A stretch of DNA of 64,000 nt from positions 416,001 through 480,000 of the forward strand of contig CAWHAZ010000005.1 of NCBI GenBank assembly GCA_963827475.1, given 5' to 3'. Position 1 is the first letter of the stretch. Each line of letters opens with the position of its first letter. Shown in pieces: positions 19,579 to 30,174 of this stretch. Under the pieces are notes generated by a model. That model was not told the DNA's origin and ran no database searches. It worked only from the letters and a program-made list of their open reading frames with translations. A program made the position numbers and the translations under genes. Origin of the DNA: an uncultured Chloroflexia bacterium (lineage in GTDB: Bacteria > Chloroflexota > Limnocylindria > QHBO01).

Positions 19579-19845
19579 ATGTCCGAGGGACACGATCCGG
19601 CCCAGGCGATCGGGACCGTCACCCACTACTTCGGCCACCTGTCGGTGGCGGCCGTGACCTTGACCGATACGCTTCGCGTCGGGGAGAGGATCCACATCAC
19701 CGGGCACACGACCGACGTCGAGCAGACCGTGGAATCGATGGAAGTCGAGCACGCCAAGGTCGAGTCCGCGGGACCGGGCGACGACGTTGCACTCCAGGTC
19801 ACCGAGCACGTCCGGGAGCACGACCGCATCTTCCGCGAGGGATAG
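19579..19845 (+). CDS. Small translation-elongation-factor-like beta-barrel protein
   Basis: IGTVTHYF...VAA..L...LRVG..I.I.G.TTD..Q.VESM......V..A..GD.V..V...VRE.D. Confidence 0.8.
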   Translation: MSEGHDPAQAIGTVTHYFGHLSVAAVTLTDTLRVGERIHITGHTTDVEQTVESMEVEHAKVESAGPGDDVALQVTEHVREHDRIFREG

Positions 19846-19852
19846 TCGCCGG

Positions 19853-19878
19853 GGAACCATCGGGCGCTGAGCACCGTC
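19853..19878 (+). promoter_or_regulatory. Putative ECF sigma promoter for DUF2330-cupredoxin genes
   Basis: GGAACC-N16-CGTC. Confidence 0.55.
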
Positions 19879-19936
19879 CTGCCGCCATCAACTCGTTGCG
19901 GCCAGCAGCCGGGCCGCCCGATGGAGGAAGCGTCCG

Positions 19937-20992
19937 ATGCGACGACGTCTCGTGTCCCTGGCGGCTGCCACCGCAGCCCTGTTTCTCACCGCAGCTCCCG
20001 CCCTCGCCTGCGGCGGGCTGATCGGTCCCAACGGCGCTGTCAACCTGCTGCGAACGACGACGTTCGCCGGCTACCACGACGGCGTCGAGCACTACGTCAC
20101 CGCCTTCGCGTTCGCCGGCGGGGAGGGCGAGTTCGGCTCGCTGGTTCCGCTGCCGGACATCCCGACCTCGATCGAGCGGGGCGGCGACTGGACGCTCCAG
20201 CGCCTCGTGCTGGAGACCGAGCCGCAGCTGTTCCTCGCCCAGGAAGCCGCCCTCGGGGCCGCGGACCGGGCCGAGGTGCTGATGGAGGTCCGGATTGACG
20301 CGCTCGACATCACGATCCTGCGCGGCGGCGGCACGGAGGTCGGGGAGTGGGCCACCGAGCACGGTTTCCGCCTCCCGCCGGACGCGCCGGAGGTCCTTGA
20401 CTTCTATGCCAACCGCTCCCCGATCTTCCTGGCCGCGGTGTTCGATGCCGATGCAGCCGCCGCCCGCGGACAGGCGGTCGGCGACGGGACGCCGGTCCAC
20501 CTGACCATCCCGACCGACGACCCGTGGGTGCCCCTTCGGATCCTGGCCCTCGGCAAGTCCGAGGCCGAGACGGTCGAGGCCGATGTCTACCTCCTGACCG
20601 ATGAGCGGCCAGCGCTGCTGCCGGCGCCGGGCAGCTTCCTGGCCGCCGACGGCATGGAGCTGGCCCACAGCGACCGCGCGAGCGATCAGCTGCTCGCGGA
20701 CCTGCGCTCGGACAAGGGCATGGAATGGATCCCCGACGACGCGTGGCTGACCAAGGTACGGATCAACGCCGCCGCGCCGGACGTGTCGTTCGACCTGGCC
20801 ATCGACGCGGGCGGCGGCCTGCCGTCGCTGGTGGATGCCGGGTTCAAGACGTCGGGCCCCGCCCAGGCGCTGTGGGTGACGTCGCGGGCTCTTGGGCCGC
20901 TGGTGCTCATCGTCGGCCTGCCGCTGCTGATGGCCCTGTTCGCGGCCTCGGTCATCGGTCAGCGGATGGCGCCGCCCCCGTCCGGGGCCTGA
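19937..20992 (+). CDS. DUF2330-like exported protein with C-terminal membrane anchor
   Basis: Signal peptide ending PALA/CGGL; 'W...HGF.LP......L.FY' pattern; C-terminal TM helix. Confidence 0.7.
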   Translation: MRRRLVSLAAATAALFLTAAPALACGGLIGPNGAVNLLRTTTFAGYHDGVEHYVTAFAFAGGEGEFGSLVPLPDIPTSIERGGDWTLQRLVLETEPQLFLAQEAALGAADRAEVLMEVRIDALDITILRGGGTEVGEWATEHGFRLPPDAPEVLDFYANRSPIFLAAVFDADAAAARGQAVGDGTPVHLTIPTDDPWVPLRILALGKSEAETVEADVYLLTDERPALLPAPGSFLAADGMELAHSDRASDQLLADLRSDKGMEWIPDDAWLTKVRINAAAPDVSFDLAIDAGGGLPSLVDAGFKTSGPAQALWVTSRALGPLVLIVGLPLLMALFAASVIGQRMAPPPSGA

Positions 20993-20995
20993 TCG

Positions 20996-21403
20996 ATGCG
21001 GTCTCGCGGCATCGGTGCGGCGCTGGCCCTCGTCCTGGCCGCGCCGATCGCCGCGGGCTGTCAGCCGCCACCGGAATCGGTCCGGGTCGAGATCGTGATC
21101 CGCTACTCGCACTTCACCCCGTCCGAGATCTCGGTCCCGCACGGGGTTCCGGTGCGGTTCGTGTTGATCAGCCAGGATCCAATCGAGCACGAGTGGCTGA
21201 TCGGGGATGAGGCGTTTCACGAGCGCCATCGCACCGGGACGGAGCCGTCCCACGGGGAGCGGCCGAATGAGGTCACCATTCCGCCCCTGGGCACCGTGGA
21301 AACCACGCTGACCTTCGACCAGCCGGGCGAGATGGTGGCCTTCATCTGCCATGTTCCCGGCCACGAGGCCTACGGGATGGTCGGGACCCTGCGGATCACC
21401 TGA
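20996..21403 (+). CDS. Cupredoxin (plastocyanin/azurin-like) lipoprotein
   Basis: Lipobox AAGC; HE ligand and CHVPGHEAYGM type-1 copper motif. Confidence 0.88.
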   Translation: MRSRGIGAALALVLAAPIAAGCQPPPESVRVEIVIRYSHFTPSEISVPHGVPVRFVLISQDPIEHEWLIGDEAFHERHRTGTEPSHGERPNEVTIPPLGTVETTLTFDQPGEMVAFICHVPGHEAYGMVGTLRIT

Positions 21404-21407
21404 GCGA

Positions 21408-22205
21408 TCAGGCGCCGACCGGCGGGGCTCCCAGCAACGGCGGCAGCACGTTGCCGAAGAAGTAGCCGACGATGCCGGCCAGCGCTCCGATGGCGAGGAT
21501 CTCGAGGCCGGAGCGCAGTGGGTTGCGACGGGTCCAGCGTGCCTTCACCACGCCGACTCCGAAGAGCACGACACCCGTCGCCAGCAGCGAGGCCCAGATC
21601 GACTGCGGCGTGGGCAGGATGAGGTAGGGGAGGATGGGGACGAGGGCGCCGAGCCCGAACGAGCCACCCATGATCATCGCGCCCTGCAACGGCGAGCCCG
21701 CGTGCTCCTCGACGTGCAGGGACAGCTCCTTCTCGACCATGGTGCGGAGCAGGACGTCCGGGTGGCGGCTGACGATGCGTGACACCTCCGCGGCCTCCTC
21801 GGCTGGGAGCCCGTCCTCCTCGAACATGTACGCGACCTCGGCCTGTGCCTCGCCGGGTCGAGTCACGACTTCGTCGCGTTCGCCCGCGATCTGCGCCTCG
21901 AAGATCTCGCGCTGGCTCTTGCTGGAGAGGTATTCGCCGGCGGCCATGCTGAACATGCCGCCGAGGGCCGTGGCGATGCCCGCGACCAGGATGGCGTAGG
22001 TGTCGGCGGTTGCTCCCGCCACGGCGCTGGCCACCGCCACGGTGCTCACCAGGCCGTCCTGGACGCCGAAGATGGCCTCCCGGATGTCTCCCAGCAGCGC
22101 CGCGCTCCGCCGCTCCTCGGCGACGTGGGCCTGGATCCAGTCCCTGTCGAACTCCTCGGCCTTCAGGCCGGCGCGACTGGCCTCGTCCTCGTAGGGGTCG
22201 GTCAC
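21408..22205 (-). CDS. VIT1/CCC1 Fe/Mn exporter
   Basis: REAIFGVQDGLVS, SMAAGEYLSSKSQRE, GALVPILPY. Confidence 0.9.
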   Translation of the reverse strand: MTDPYEDEASRAGLKAEEFDRDWIQAHVAEERRSAALLGDIREAIFGVQDGLVSTVAVASAVAGATADTYAILVAGIATALGGMFSMAAGEYLSSKSQREIFEAQIAGERDEVVTRPGEAQAEVAYMFEEDGLPAEEAAEVSRIVSRHPDVLLRTMVEKELSLHVEEHAGSPLQGAMIMGGSFGLGALVPILPYLILPTPQSIWASLLATGVVLFGVGVVKARWTRRNPLRSGLEILAIGALAGIVGYFFGNVLPPLLGAPPVGA

Positions 22206-22846
22206 TCCCCGGTCGTGTCCCCAGCCAGCCGCCACGCAAACGGGAACGCGAACGTCGCGACCACCACCTTGGCGAGGTCCCACGGGATGAACACGATGGC
22301 GCCCCAGTAGATCGCCTCGGAGAACGCCATCCCGCTGACGAGGTACAGGATCGGGACGCCGATGAGGTAGATCACGAACGATCCGAGGAGCATCAGCAGG
22401 AACGCGCCGGTCCGGGTCCGCTCCCACTGCCGCTGGGCCAGCCGACCGCACAGGGTGGCGGCGACGATGAAGGCAAACAGATAGCCGATCGTCGGCGCCA
22501 GGCCACCGCCGGTTTCCGCTCCCAGCCCGCTTCGGCCATCGGCGAAGACACCCATGCCGAGCGCGCCGGCGGCGACGTACAGGAGCATCGAGGCAAAGCC
22601 GCGCCCCGCACCCAGCGCGGTGCCGGTCACGAGGACGGCGGCGGTCTGGAGCGTGTACGGCACCGGGTTGCCGCCGATCGTGAACGAGACCTGGGCCGCG
22701 AGCGCCGTCAGCGCGGCGCCGGCCACGATGAGCAGGACGTCGCGCACGACCTGCGCGGTCCGCCCATCCGCCCGCGGGACGAAGGTGTCCACCAGGGTGA
22801 CGGCGCTGGCGCGCAGCGGCGGCAGGTTGGCCTCGGGGCTGGTCAT
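22202..22846 (-). CDS. bioY: Biotin transporter BioY
   Basis: AQV...NPVPYTLQT, LY...GA.G.GVFA, PTIGYL, FIPWDLAK. Confidence 0.9.
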   Translation of the reverse strand: MTSPEANLPPLRASAVTLVDTFVPRADGRTAQVVRDVLLIVAGAALTALAAQVSFTIGGNPVPYTLQTAAVLVTGTALGAGRGFASMLLYVAAGALGMGVFADGRSGLGAETGGGLAPTIGYLFAFIVAATLCGRLAQRQWERTRTGAFLLMLLGSFVIYLIGVPILYLVSGMAFSEAIYWGAIVFIPWDLAKVVVATFAFPFAWRLAGDTTGE

Positions 22847-22937
22847 GCTGGGCGATGCTCCTCCTTGCCGGGCGAGTGTAGACCCGCCCGACAAGTTCGG
22901 AGTGCCGCCCGCGGGCGGCTCCGCTACACTCGCGACG

Positions 22938-22971
22938 TCCTTTAAGTCCGGCCCCGTGAGGCCGGGAAGGA
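22938..22971 (+). promoter_or_regulatory. PyrR-binding RNA element overlapping the carA RBS
   Basis: TCCTTTAA-GT-CCGGCC-CCGTGA-GGCCGG-GAAGGA matches the PyrR consensus; -10 TACACT at 22925. Confidence 0.8.
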
Positions 22972-22976
22972 GCGCG

Positions 22977-24143
22977 ATGCCGACCATTTCGAGCCTGCCT
23001 GCCACGACGCCACCCGCGATCTCGGGACCGGCGTCGTTTTCGCGTCCGGGCCTGCTCGCGCTGGAGGGCGGCACCGTGCTCCACGGCCAGCTGCGCGGCG
23101 CGGACCGCGTGGCCGAGGGCGACCTCATCTTCACGACCGCCGCCACCGGCTGGGGCGAGATCCTCACCGACCCGTCCTTCGCCGGCCAGGTCGTGGTCCT
23201 CACCCATCCGATGGTCGGCAACTACCGAATCGACCGCTCCGAGCTCGAATCCGACAAGGTGCACGCCCGGGCGCTGGTCGTCACCCGGCTCGTGACCCCG
23301 CCCGACGGGCCGGGCATGTCGGTCGAAGAGCTGCTGGTCGAGGCCGGCATTCCCGCCATCGAGGGCATCGACACCCGTGCCCTGACCCTGGAGCTGCGTC
23401 GGGGCGCGGCCCGCCGCGCGGTCATCCGCTCCGGAGACCAGGGCGCGGCCGACGCCGTGGCCGATGCGCGCTCATCCCCGGCGTGGGAGGCGGTCGATCA
23501 CGTCGCGGCGGTCGCGCCCCGTGAGCCGTACCGGCTCGCGCCGGACGGCACGCTTCGCGGCCGGGCGGTCCTCGTCGACTTCGGCGTGAAGCGCTCGCTC
23601 CTCCGTGCCCTGACGGGTCGCGGGCTGGAGGTCGTGGGGCTGCCCCCGGACGCCACCGCGGACGGTGTCGCGGCCCACGATCCGGACCTCGTGGTGCTCA
23701 GTCCCGGGCCGGGCGACCCGTCCCGGATGGAGTCCCAGATCGCGACCATGGCCGACCTGCTCGCGCGGGCCACCGCCGGCGGGCCGCCGCTGCTGGGGAT
23801 CTGCCTTGGCCACCAGCTGATCGGGCTGGCGGTAGGCGCTCCCACGCGGCGTTTGGCGGTCGGCCACCACGGCGGCAACCACGGGGTCATCGAGACGGCC
23901 ACCCGGCGCGTGACCATCGGCGCCCACAACCACGAGGTCGAGGTCATCGACCACCCGGCCCTGGCTACGGCTGGGCTCCGGGTCAGCCACCGCGATCTCA
24001 ACGACGGGACGGTCGAAGGGCTCGTCCACGTCGGGGGCCGGGTGGCATCGGTCCAGTTCCATCCGGAAGGCGCTCCCGGTCCGACCGATGCGGCCGGCCT
24101 GTTCGACGCGGCCCTCATCAGCGCCGGCCTGGCGTCGGCGTAG
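22977..24143 (+). CDS. carA: Carbamoyl-phosphate synthase small subunit
   Basis: [39 protein letters not shown]. Confidence 0.93.
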   Translation: MPTISSLPATTPPAISGPASFSRPGLLALEGGTVLHGQLRGADRVAEGDLIFTTAATGWGEILTDPSFAGQVVVLTHPMVGNYRIDRSELESDKVHARALVVTRLVTPPDGPGMSVEELLVEAGIPAIEGIDTRALTLELRRGAARRAVIRSGDQGAADAVADARSSPAWEAVDHVAAVAPREPYRLAPDGTLRGRAVLVDFGVKRSLLRALTGRGLEVVGLPPDATADGVAAHDPDLVVLSPGPGDPSRMESQIATMADLLARATAGGPPLLGICLGHQLIGLAVGAPTRRLAVGHHGGNHGVIETATRRVTIGAHNHEVEVIDHPALATAGLRVSHRDLNDGTVEGLVHVGGRVASVQFHPEGAPGPTDAAGLFDAALISAGLASA

Positions 24144-24153
24144 GCCAGGACCG

Positions 24154-26944
24154 ATGCGCCCCCGTCGCGTCCTGATCATCGGCTCGGGGCCGATCGTCAT
24201 CGGTCAGGCGGCCGAGTTCGACTACGCGGGCGTCCAGGCCTGCCTCGCGCTCCGCGGCGAGGGGATCGAGACCGTGCTCGTGAACTCGAACCCGGCCACG
24301 GTCATGACCGATCCGGACGTCGGCGGCACCGTGCTCATCGGTCCGCTGACCCTCCAGAATCTCGAGCGGGTCATCGCCGAGCACCGCCCGGATGCCCTGC
24401 TGCCGACCCTGGGCGGCCAGACGGCGCTGAACCTGGCGGTCGGCCTGGACGACGCCGGGGTGCTGGACCGATACGAGGTGGCGGTGCTCGGGACCCCGCT
24501 GGCCGCGGTGCGGGCGGCGGAGGATCGCGGCGGCTTCCGAGCCCTCGTCCAGTCCATCGGGGAGCCGGTTCCCGAGTCGGCGGTCGTGGAGTCGGTCGAG
24601 GCGGGCATGACGTTCGTCGCCGAGCTCGACGCCCCGGTGGTCATCCGCCCGGCCTTCACCCTCGGCGGTGGCGGCGGCGGGTTCGCGTCCGGCCCCGCGC
24701 AGGCGCGGGCCGCGATCGCGCGCGGGCTGGAGGCCAGCCCCATCGGCCAGGTCCTCGTCGAGCGCAGCCTGCTCGGCTGGGCGGAGATCGAGTTCGAGGT
24801 CATCCGTGACGCGGCGGATACGACCATCGCGATCTGCGGGATGGAGAACCTCGACCCGATGGGCGTGCACACCGGCGACTCGATCGTGGTGGCGCCGATC
24901 CAGACCCTGCCGGACACCGTGGTCCAGCGGCTGCGCCGATCGGCCCTGGCCATCACCCGCGCCCTGAAGCTGGAGGGCGGCTGCAACGTCCAGCTGGCGG
25001 TGTCACCCGACGGGTCGGACTACCGGGTCATCGAGGTCAATCCGCGCGTCTCGCGCTCGTCGGCCCTGGCGTCGAAGGCGACTGGCTACCCGATCGCGCG
25101 GGTCGCGGCCCTCGTCGCCCTCGGGAAGCGGCTGGACGAGATGCGCAACCCGGCCACCGGCGGGGGATCAGCCGCATTCGAGCCGGCGGTCGACTACGTG
25201 GTCGTCAAGCTGCCGCGCTGGCCGTTCGACAAGTTCCCGTTCGCCGAGCGAGACCTCGGGATCCAGATGAAGGCCACCGGGGAGGCGATGGCCATCGACC
25301 GCGAGTTCGGCCCCGCCCTGCTGAAGGCGGTCCGCTCCCTCGAGCCGCGGGGTCGCGGCTGGCTGTGGGAGGACCCGGCGTGGCGCCTTGCCGAGAAGCG
25401 CGCCGGCGGACCTGGGGGCGTTTCTCGCGGCGTCCGACACCCGGCTGTGGCGGATGGTGGGGCTGCTGCGCCACGGCTGGGCGGACGCGGCGGCGATCAG
25501 CGCCGTGACCGGCATCGCCCCGTGGTTCACCGAGCGGATCGCGGAGGTCGTGGCGGCCGAGGCGGAAGTCGTTGGCGCTCCGCTGGAGGAGGTCAAGCGG
25601 CAGGGCTTCGGGGATGCGGACGTTGCCGCCCTGTCCGGCGTGCCGGCAGCCGCCGTGCGTCGGGCACGAGTGCGGGCCGGGCTTGCGCCCGCCTACCGGC
25701 GCGTGGACACCTGCGCCGGCGAGTTCCCGGCCGAGACGCCGTACTTCTACTCGTCCTACGCCACGTCGGAGGTGCCGCCGCCGGCCGACCGCCGCTCGGT
25801 CATCGTCGTCGGCTCGGGGCCGATCCGCATCGGTCAGGGGATCGAGTTCGACTACTGCTCGGTCCGTGCGGCGTGGGCCATCCGGGACCTCGGGTACGAC
25901 GCGGTGGTCATCAACAACAACCCCGAGACGGTGAGCACCGACTACGACGCCTGCTCGCGGCTGTACTTCGAGCCACTCGACACCGAGAGCGTCCTCGACG
26001 TCCTCGACCACGAGCGGGCGTTGACCGGCGAGCCGCCGCTGGTGCTGCTGACCTTCGGCGGCCAGACCGCGATCGACCTCGCCCGCGACCTCGCGTATGC
26101 CGACGTGCCGGTCGCCGGCCTGACCGCCGATGCGATCGAGGCCTGCGAGGACCGCGATCGGTTCGCCGCATTGCTGGACCGGCTGGGGCTGGAGGGACCG
26201 ACGGGCCGCCTGGCGTCCGACGCCGAGGGGTTGGAGGAGGCGATCGGAGAGCTGGGGTACCCGGTCATCGTCCGGCCGTCGTGGGTCATCGGCGGACGCG
26301 GGATCGCCGTCATCCGCGATCGCGTGGCCCTGGGTGTTCTGCTGGCCGGCGAGGTCGGCTGGCCGCTGCGGGTCGACGCCATGGTCGGCGGCGTGGAGCT
26401 CGACATCGACGTCATCTCTGACGGCAGCGCCTGGTCGGTGCCGGGGATCCTCGAGCAGCGGGACCCGCCGGGCGTCCACTCCGGCGACTCGCTGGCCGTG
26501 CTGCCGCCTCGCAACATCTCGCGCGAGGCGCAGGAGCTGGCGGCGGAGGCGGCCGGCCGGATCGCGCTTGCGCTCGGCGTGCGCGGGATCCTCAACGTCC
26601 AGGCCATCGTGGATGGCGAGCGGGTGGTGGTGATCGAGGCCAATCCGCGGGCGTCTCGCACCGTGCCGATCGTGGCCAAGGCAACCGGGCGGGACGTCGT
26701 GGCGGCGGCGGTCCGCTGCGCGCTCGGCGCGTCGCTGGCGGAGGCCGGGCTCGCTGCCGGCTTGGCGCCGGATGGACCGATGGTTGCGGTCAAGGCGCCG
26801 ATCGACTCGCTCTGGCGGCTGCCCGGGGTGGGGACCGAGCTGGGGCCCGAGATGCGCTCGACCGGCGAGGTGCTGGGTCTGGGGCCGGACTATGCCGCCG
26901 CCCTGGCGGCGGCCGAGGAGGCGGTGGCCGCCCACCGCCCGTAG
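24154..26944 (+). CDS. carB: Carbamoyl-phosphate synthase large subunit; frameshift near 25400; no MGS domain
   Basis: [36 protein letters not shown]; second half [35 protein letters not shown]. Confidence 0.93.
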
Positions 26945-26954
26945 TCAGCGTGGC

Positions 26955-27599
26955 TTAGCGGCGCTTGCCCTTGGCCGGAGCCTTGGCGTTGATGGCCATC
27001 CGCCGGCGCAGGTACCCGCCGTAGAACCCGGCGAAGGCCCCCACCAGCCCGTACAGGACCACCAGCGCGGTCAGGCTCGTCACGACGGCGCCGGCGGCGT
27101 TCAGACCCTCGCCGGCCTGGATGGTGATGAGTCCGGCGATGAGCGCGTGGAAGATCACGCCGAGCACGCCGGCCGCGGTCCCGAACAGCCACGGTCGCCA
27201 CCAGCCGAACCATCCGGCCCCGATCAGCAGGCCGTACTGGCCGAGCGTGATCGCGAAGGCCACCAGGTTCTCACGAGGGACGATCAACAGTGCCAGCTGC
27301 AGCACGGCCCAGCCGATGGCGGCCACGCCCCAGGCCAGCGGATGTCGTGCGAGGAGCCACGCCCCGGAGACGTAGCCGCGGAACCGTCCGCGGTACGTGA
27401 AACCGGCCAGCGGGTCGCCCTTGCCCGGCAGCGGCGGGGCGGGCGGGAACAGTCGGGTGAGGAGGCTCGGCGGGCGAGCCGGGGCCGCTGTGGAGGTCAC
27501 GGCTTCGTCTGCGAGCGGTTCCTCGCCGCGAGCCACCAGGCGTTGGCGTCGCCGGGCTTCGGCGCGCTGGCTGGAGCTCCGGGATCGGGTGGCGGGCAT
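26955..27599 (-). CDS. Hypothetical membrane protein with basic termini
   Basis: ORF with about 4 TM helices; -10 TACAAT just upstream. Confidence 0.65.
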   Translation of the reverse strand: MPATRSRSSSQRAEARRRQRLVARGEEPLADEAVTSTAAPARPPSLLTRLFPPAPPLPGKGDPLAGFTYRGRFRGYVSGAWLLARHPLAWGVAAIGWAVLQLALLIVPRENLVAFAITLGQYGLLIGAGWFGWWRPWLFGTAAGVLGVIFHALIAGLITIQAGEGLNAAGAVVTSLTALVVLYGLVGAFAGFYGGYLRRRMAINAKAPAKGKRR

Positions 27600-27715
27600 G
27601 GGCGCGGATTGTACGCGGGCGATAACCACGCGGTAAGCGGGGCTGGAGATGCTGCGCGCCCTTCGCCACCCGGGCGGCGACCCGATCTGCGCTCGCCTTC
27701 GCCCGGGGTTCGTCC

Positions 27716-30174
27716 ATGCACCACGCTCCGTCACGTTCCGTCCGCCACTGTGCCGGCGCCTTCGCCCTCGCCGCGCTGGTCGTCGCATTTGCCATCTCGG
27801 AGACGGCACATGCCGCTCTGACGGCCGATGGCTTGACCGCGTCGAGCATCGGTCACCTGGTCATCTCCGAGGTCATGACCGGGGGAGCCGGCGCATCGGA
27901 CGAGTTCGTGGAGCTGTACAACCCCGCCAGCGTGTCGCTGTCGCTCGACGGCCTCGAGCTGGTGTACGTCACGGCCAGCGGGGCCACGGTCACCCGCAAG
28001 GCCGTCTGGGGGCCAGGCGTGGAGATCGGCCCGGGCGGGCACGTCCTGGTGGCAAACGAATCCGGGGTGTTCGCCGGCATCGCCGACGGGACGTACGCCG
28101 GCGGCCTGGCCGCAACCGGGGGCAGCATGGCCCTGCGCGTCGTGGCCGCGGCGCATGCCATCGATGCAGTCGGCTGGGGCACGGCGACCAGCAGCTGGCT
28201 CGAGGGCAGCCCCGCACCAGCGGCTCCCGCCGGGTCGAGTCTCGAGCGGCTGCCGGGCGGCGCCCTCGGTTCCGGGCAGGACACCGATGGCAACCTTGTC
28301 GATTTCGTCGTCCGACCCGCTCCGGACCCGCAGAACAGCACCTCGCCGCCGGTCCCGACCGGCTCGCCGTCCCCTGATCCGAGCGCGAGCGAGCCGCCGT
28401 CGGATAGCGCGTCCCCGTCGGCCAGCGGGGACCCATCGGTCACGCCTGAGCCGACCACCACGCCGGAACCGTCGAGCGAGCCATCGTTCACTCCGGACCC
28501 GACCGCGGCTCCGTCCACGACACCGACACCGACGCCGGCGGCCACACCCGCGCCCACGCCCGGCCCGGCGCCACTCACCGTCGTCCAGGCCCGGGCTCTC
28601 CCCGACGGGAGCGCGGTGGTGGTCCGCGGCACGACGCTCACCGACTCGGCGTTTGCCGAGGGCGGCGGATACCTTGCGGACGGCTCGGGCGGGATCGCGG
28701 TCCTGCTCGACGACGGCACATTTCCGCGAGGGGTCGAGCTGGTCGTCAGCGGGACGGTGGATGATCGGTTCGCGCAGCGCACGGTGCGTGCCGACGCTGC
28801 CGGCCTGACGATTCTCGGACCTGGCCAGGACCTCGAGGCGGACCCCGTCGACACCGGGGCGGTGGGGGAGAACGTGGAGGGGCGACTGGTCACGGTCAGC
28901 GGCCTGGTCGCCGGCTCCCCGACGGAGCTCGCTGCGGGCCTCGCGTTCGAGGTCGACGACGGGTCCGGGCCGATCCGCGTCCTCGTTGGGCCGACGACCG
29001 GCATCGACGCGAGTTCCTGGCAGGGGGGCAGCTCCCTGACCGTGACCGGCGTCGTCGGGCAGCGCGATTCGTCGGGAACCGGAGCCGAGGGCTACCGGGT
29101 CCAGCCGCGGGACAGCGGGGACGTCCTGGCCGTCGCCCCGCGCAACGCCCGAGGCCACGCCGAGCCCGTCGCCCGCCGCATCGTCGAGTGCGACGCCAAC
29201 TCCCTCGCCCGGCGCCGCGCCCCTGGTGACGATCGCCGAAGCCCGGGCGGCCGCGACCGGGTCAAGCCTCCGGATCCGCGGCGTGGTCACGCTCCCAACG
29301 GGTCTGGTGGAGGCGGGGAGCGCCGTCGTGGCCGACGCCGGCAGCGCCATCCTTGTCCGGACCGGCTCGGAGCTTGGTCGGCTGCGACGGGGCCAGCTGG
29401 TCGAGCTGACCGGCACGCGTTCCACGCTCTCGGGGATGCTCAGCCTGCGCGTCTCGCAGCGAGCGACCGTTCTGGGTACGCAGGCCGAGCCCGGGGGCGT
29501 CCGGCGGGCCAGCGGCGGAATCGGCGAGGCGGACGAGGGCATCCTGGTCGTGGTCCGCGGTCTCGTCGCCGATGGTCCCCGGCGCACGACGGGCGGCAGC
29601 CTGACGCTCACGGTCAATGACGGCGGCGGGCCGCTGCGGGTGTTCGTAGCGGCCGGGACCGGCATCTCCGCTCCGTCCATTCCCGCCGGATCGTGGGTCG
29701 AGCTGCGGGGCGTGGTCGGCCAGCAGACGAGCGGAGCGGCGCCGACCGAAGGCTACCGCCTGTGGCCGCGCGACCGAGGCGACGTGCAGGTCATCGCCCG
29801 TTCCACCGTCGGCGGGCGCGGTTCGGCCAGCGGGTCGGGGACCGATCGGACCCGGGGAAGGACGCACGCCCCCAACTACGACCCAAGCGTCGTCGGACGC
29901 GCTGACCTTGACCAAGCCAGACCTCGGCGGGGCTGTCGCCCTGGCCACGGCGCTCCGCGATCCCGGCACCGATGACGGCTCGCCACGGCCCGAGGTCCCG
30001 CCGATCCAGGGGCCGCTCGCGGCCGGGCTCGGCGGCCTGGCCGGGCTGATGGCCCTGGCCTGGCGCCACGGGACGTGGGCTCGGCTGTGGGTCGAGGTCG
30101 CACAGCGGACCGGCTGGAGGCGCACCACGGCGATCGACGAAGGGGAGGACGAGTCGTATACCCTCGCCCCGTGA
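27716..30174 (+). CDS. Exported lamin-tail-domain protein with PT linker, OB-fold repeats and C-terminal TM; frameshifts near 29140-29200 and 29860
   Basis: HLVISEVMTG..ASDEFVELYNP; repeats 'T(I/V).(E/Q)ARA', 'D.GSGPIRV', 'GVVGQ...GYR(V/L).PRD..DV'. Confidence 0.75.

Noticed and set aside
25380-25430. Naturally split or programmed-frameshift carB
   Set aside because: No slippery site or new RBS; same type of indel as in many unrelated genes
27640-27715. Riboswitch upstream of the LTD protein
   Set aside because: Only a GC-rich hairpin (CCCGGGCG...CGCCCGGG); no recognisable aptamer consensus
28340-28570. Repeat array or CRISPR
   Set aside because: Low-complexity Pro/Thr/Ser linker codons inside a CDS; no constant repeat-spacer structure
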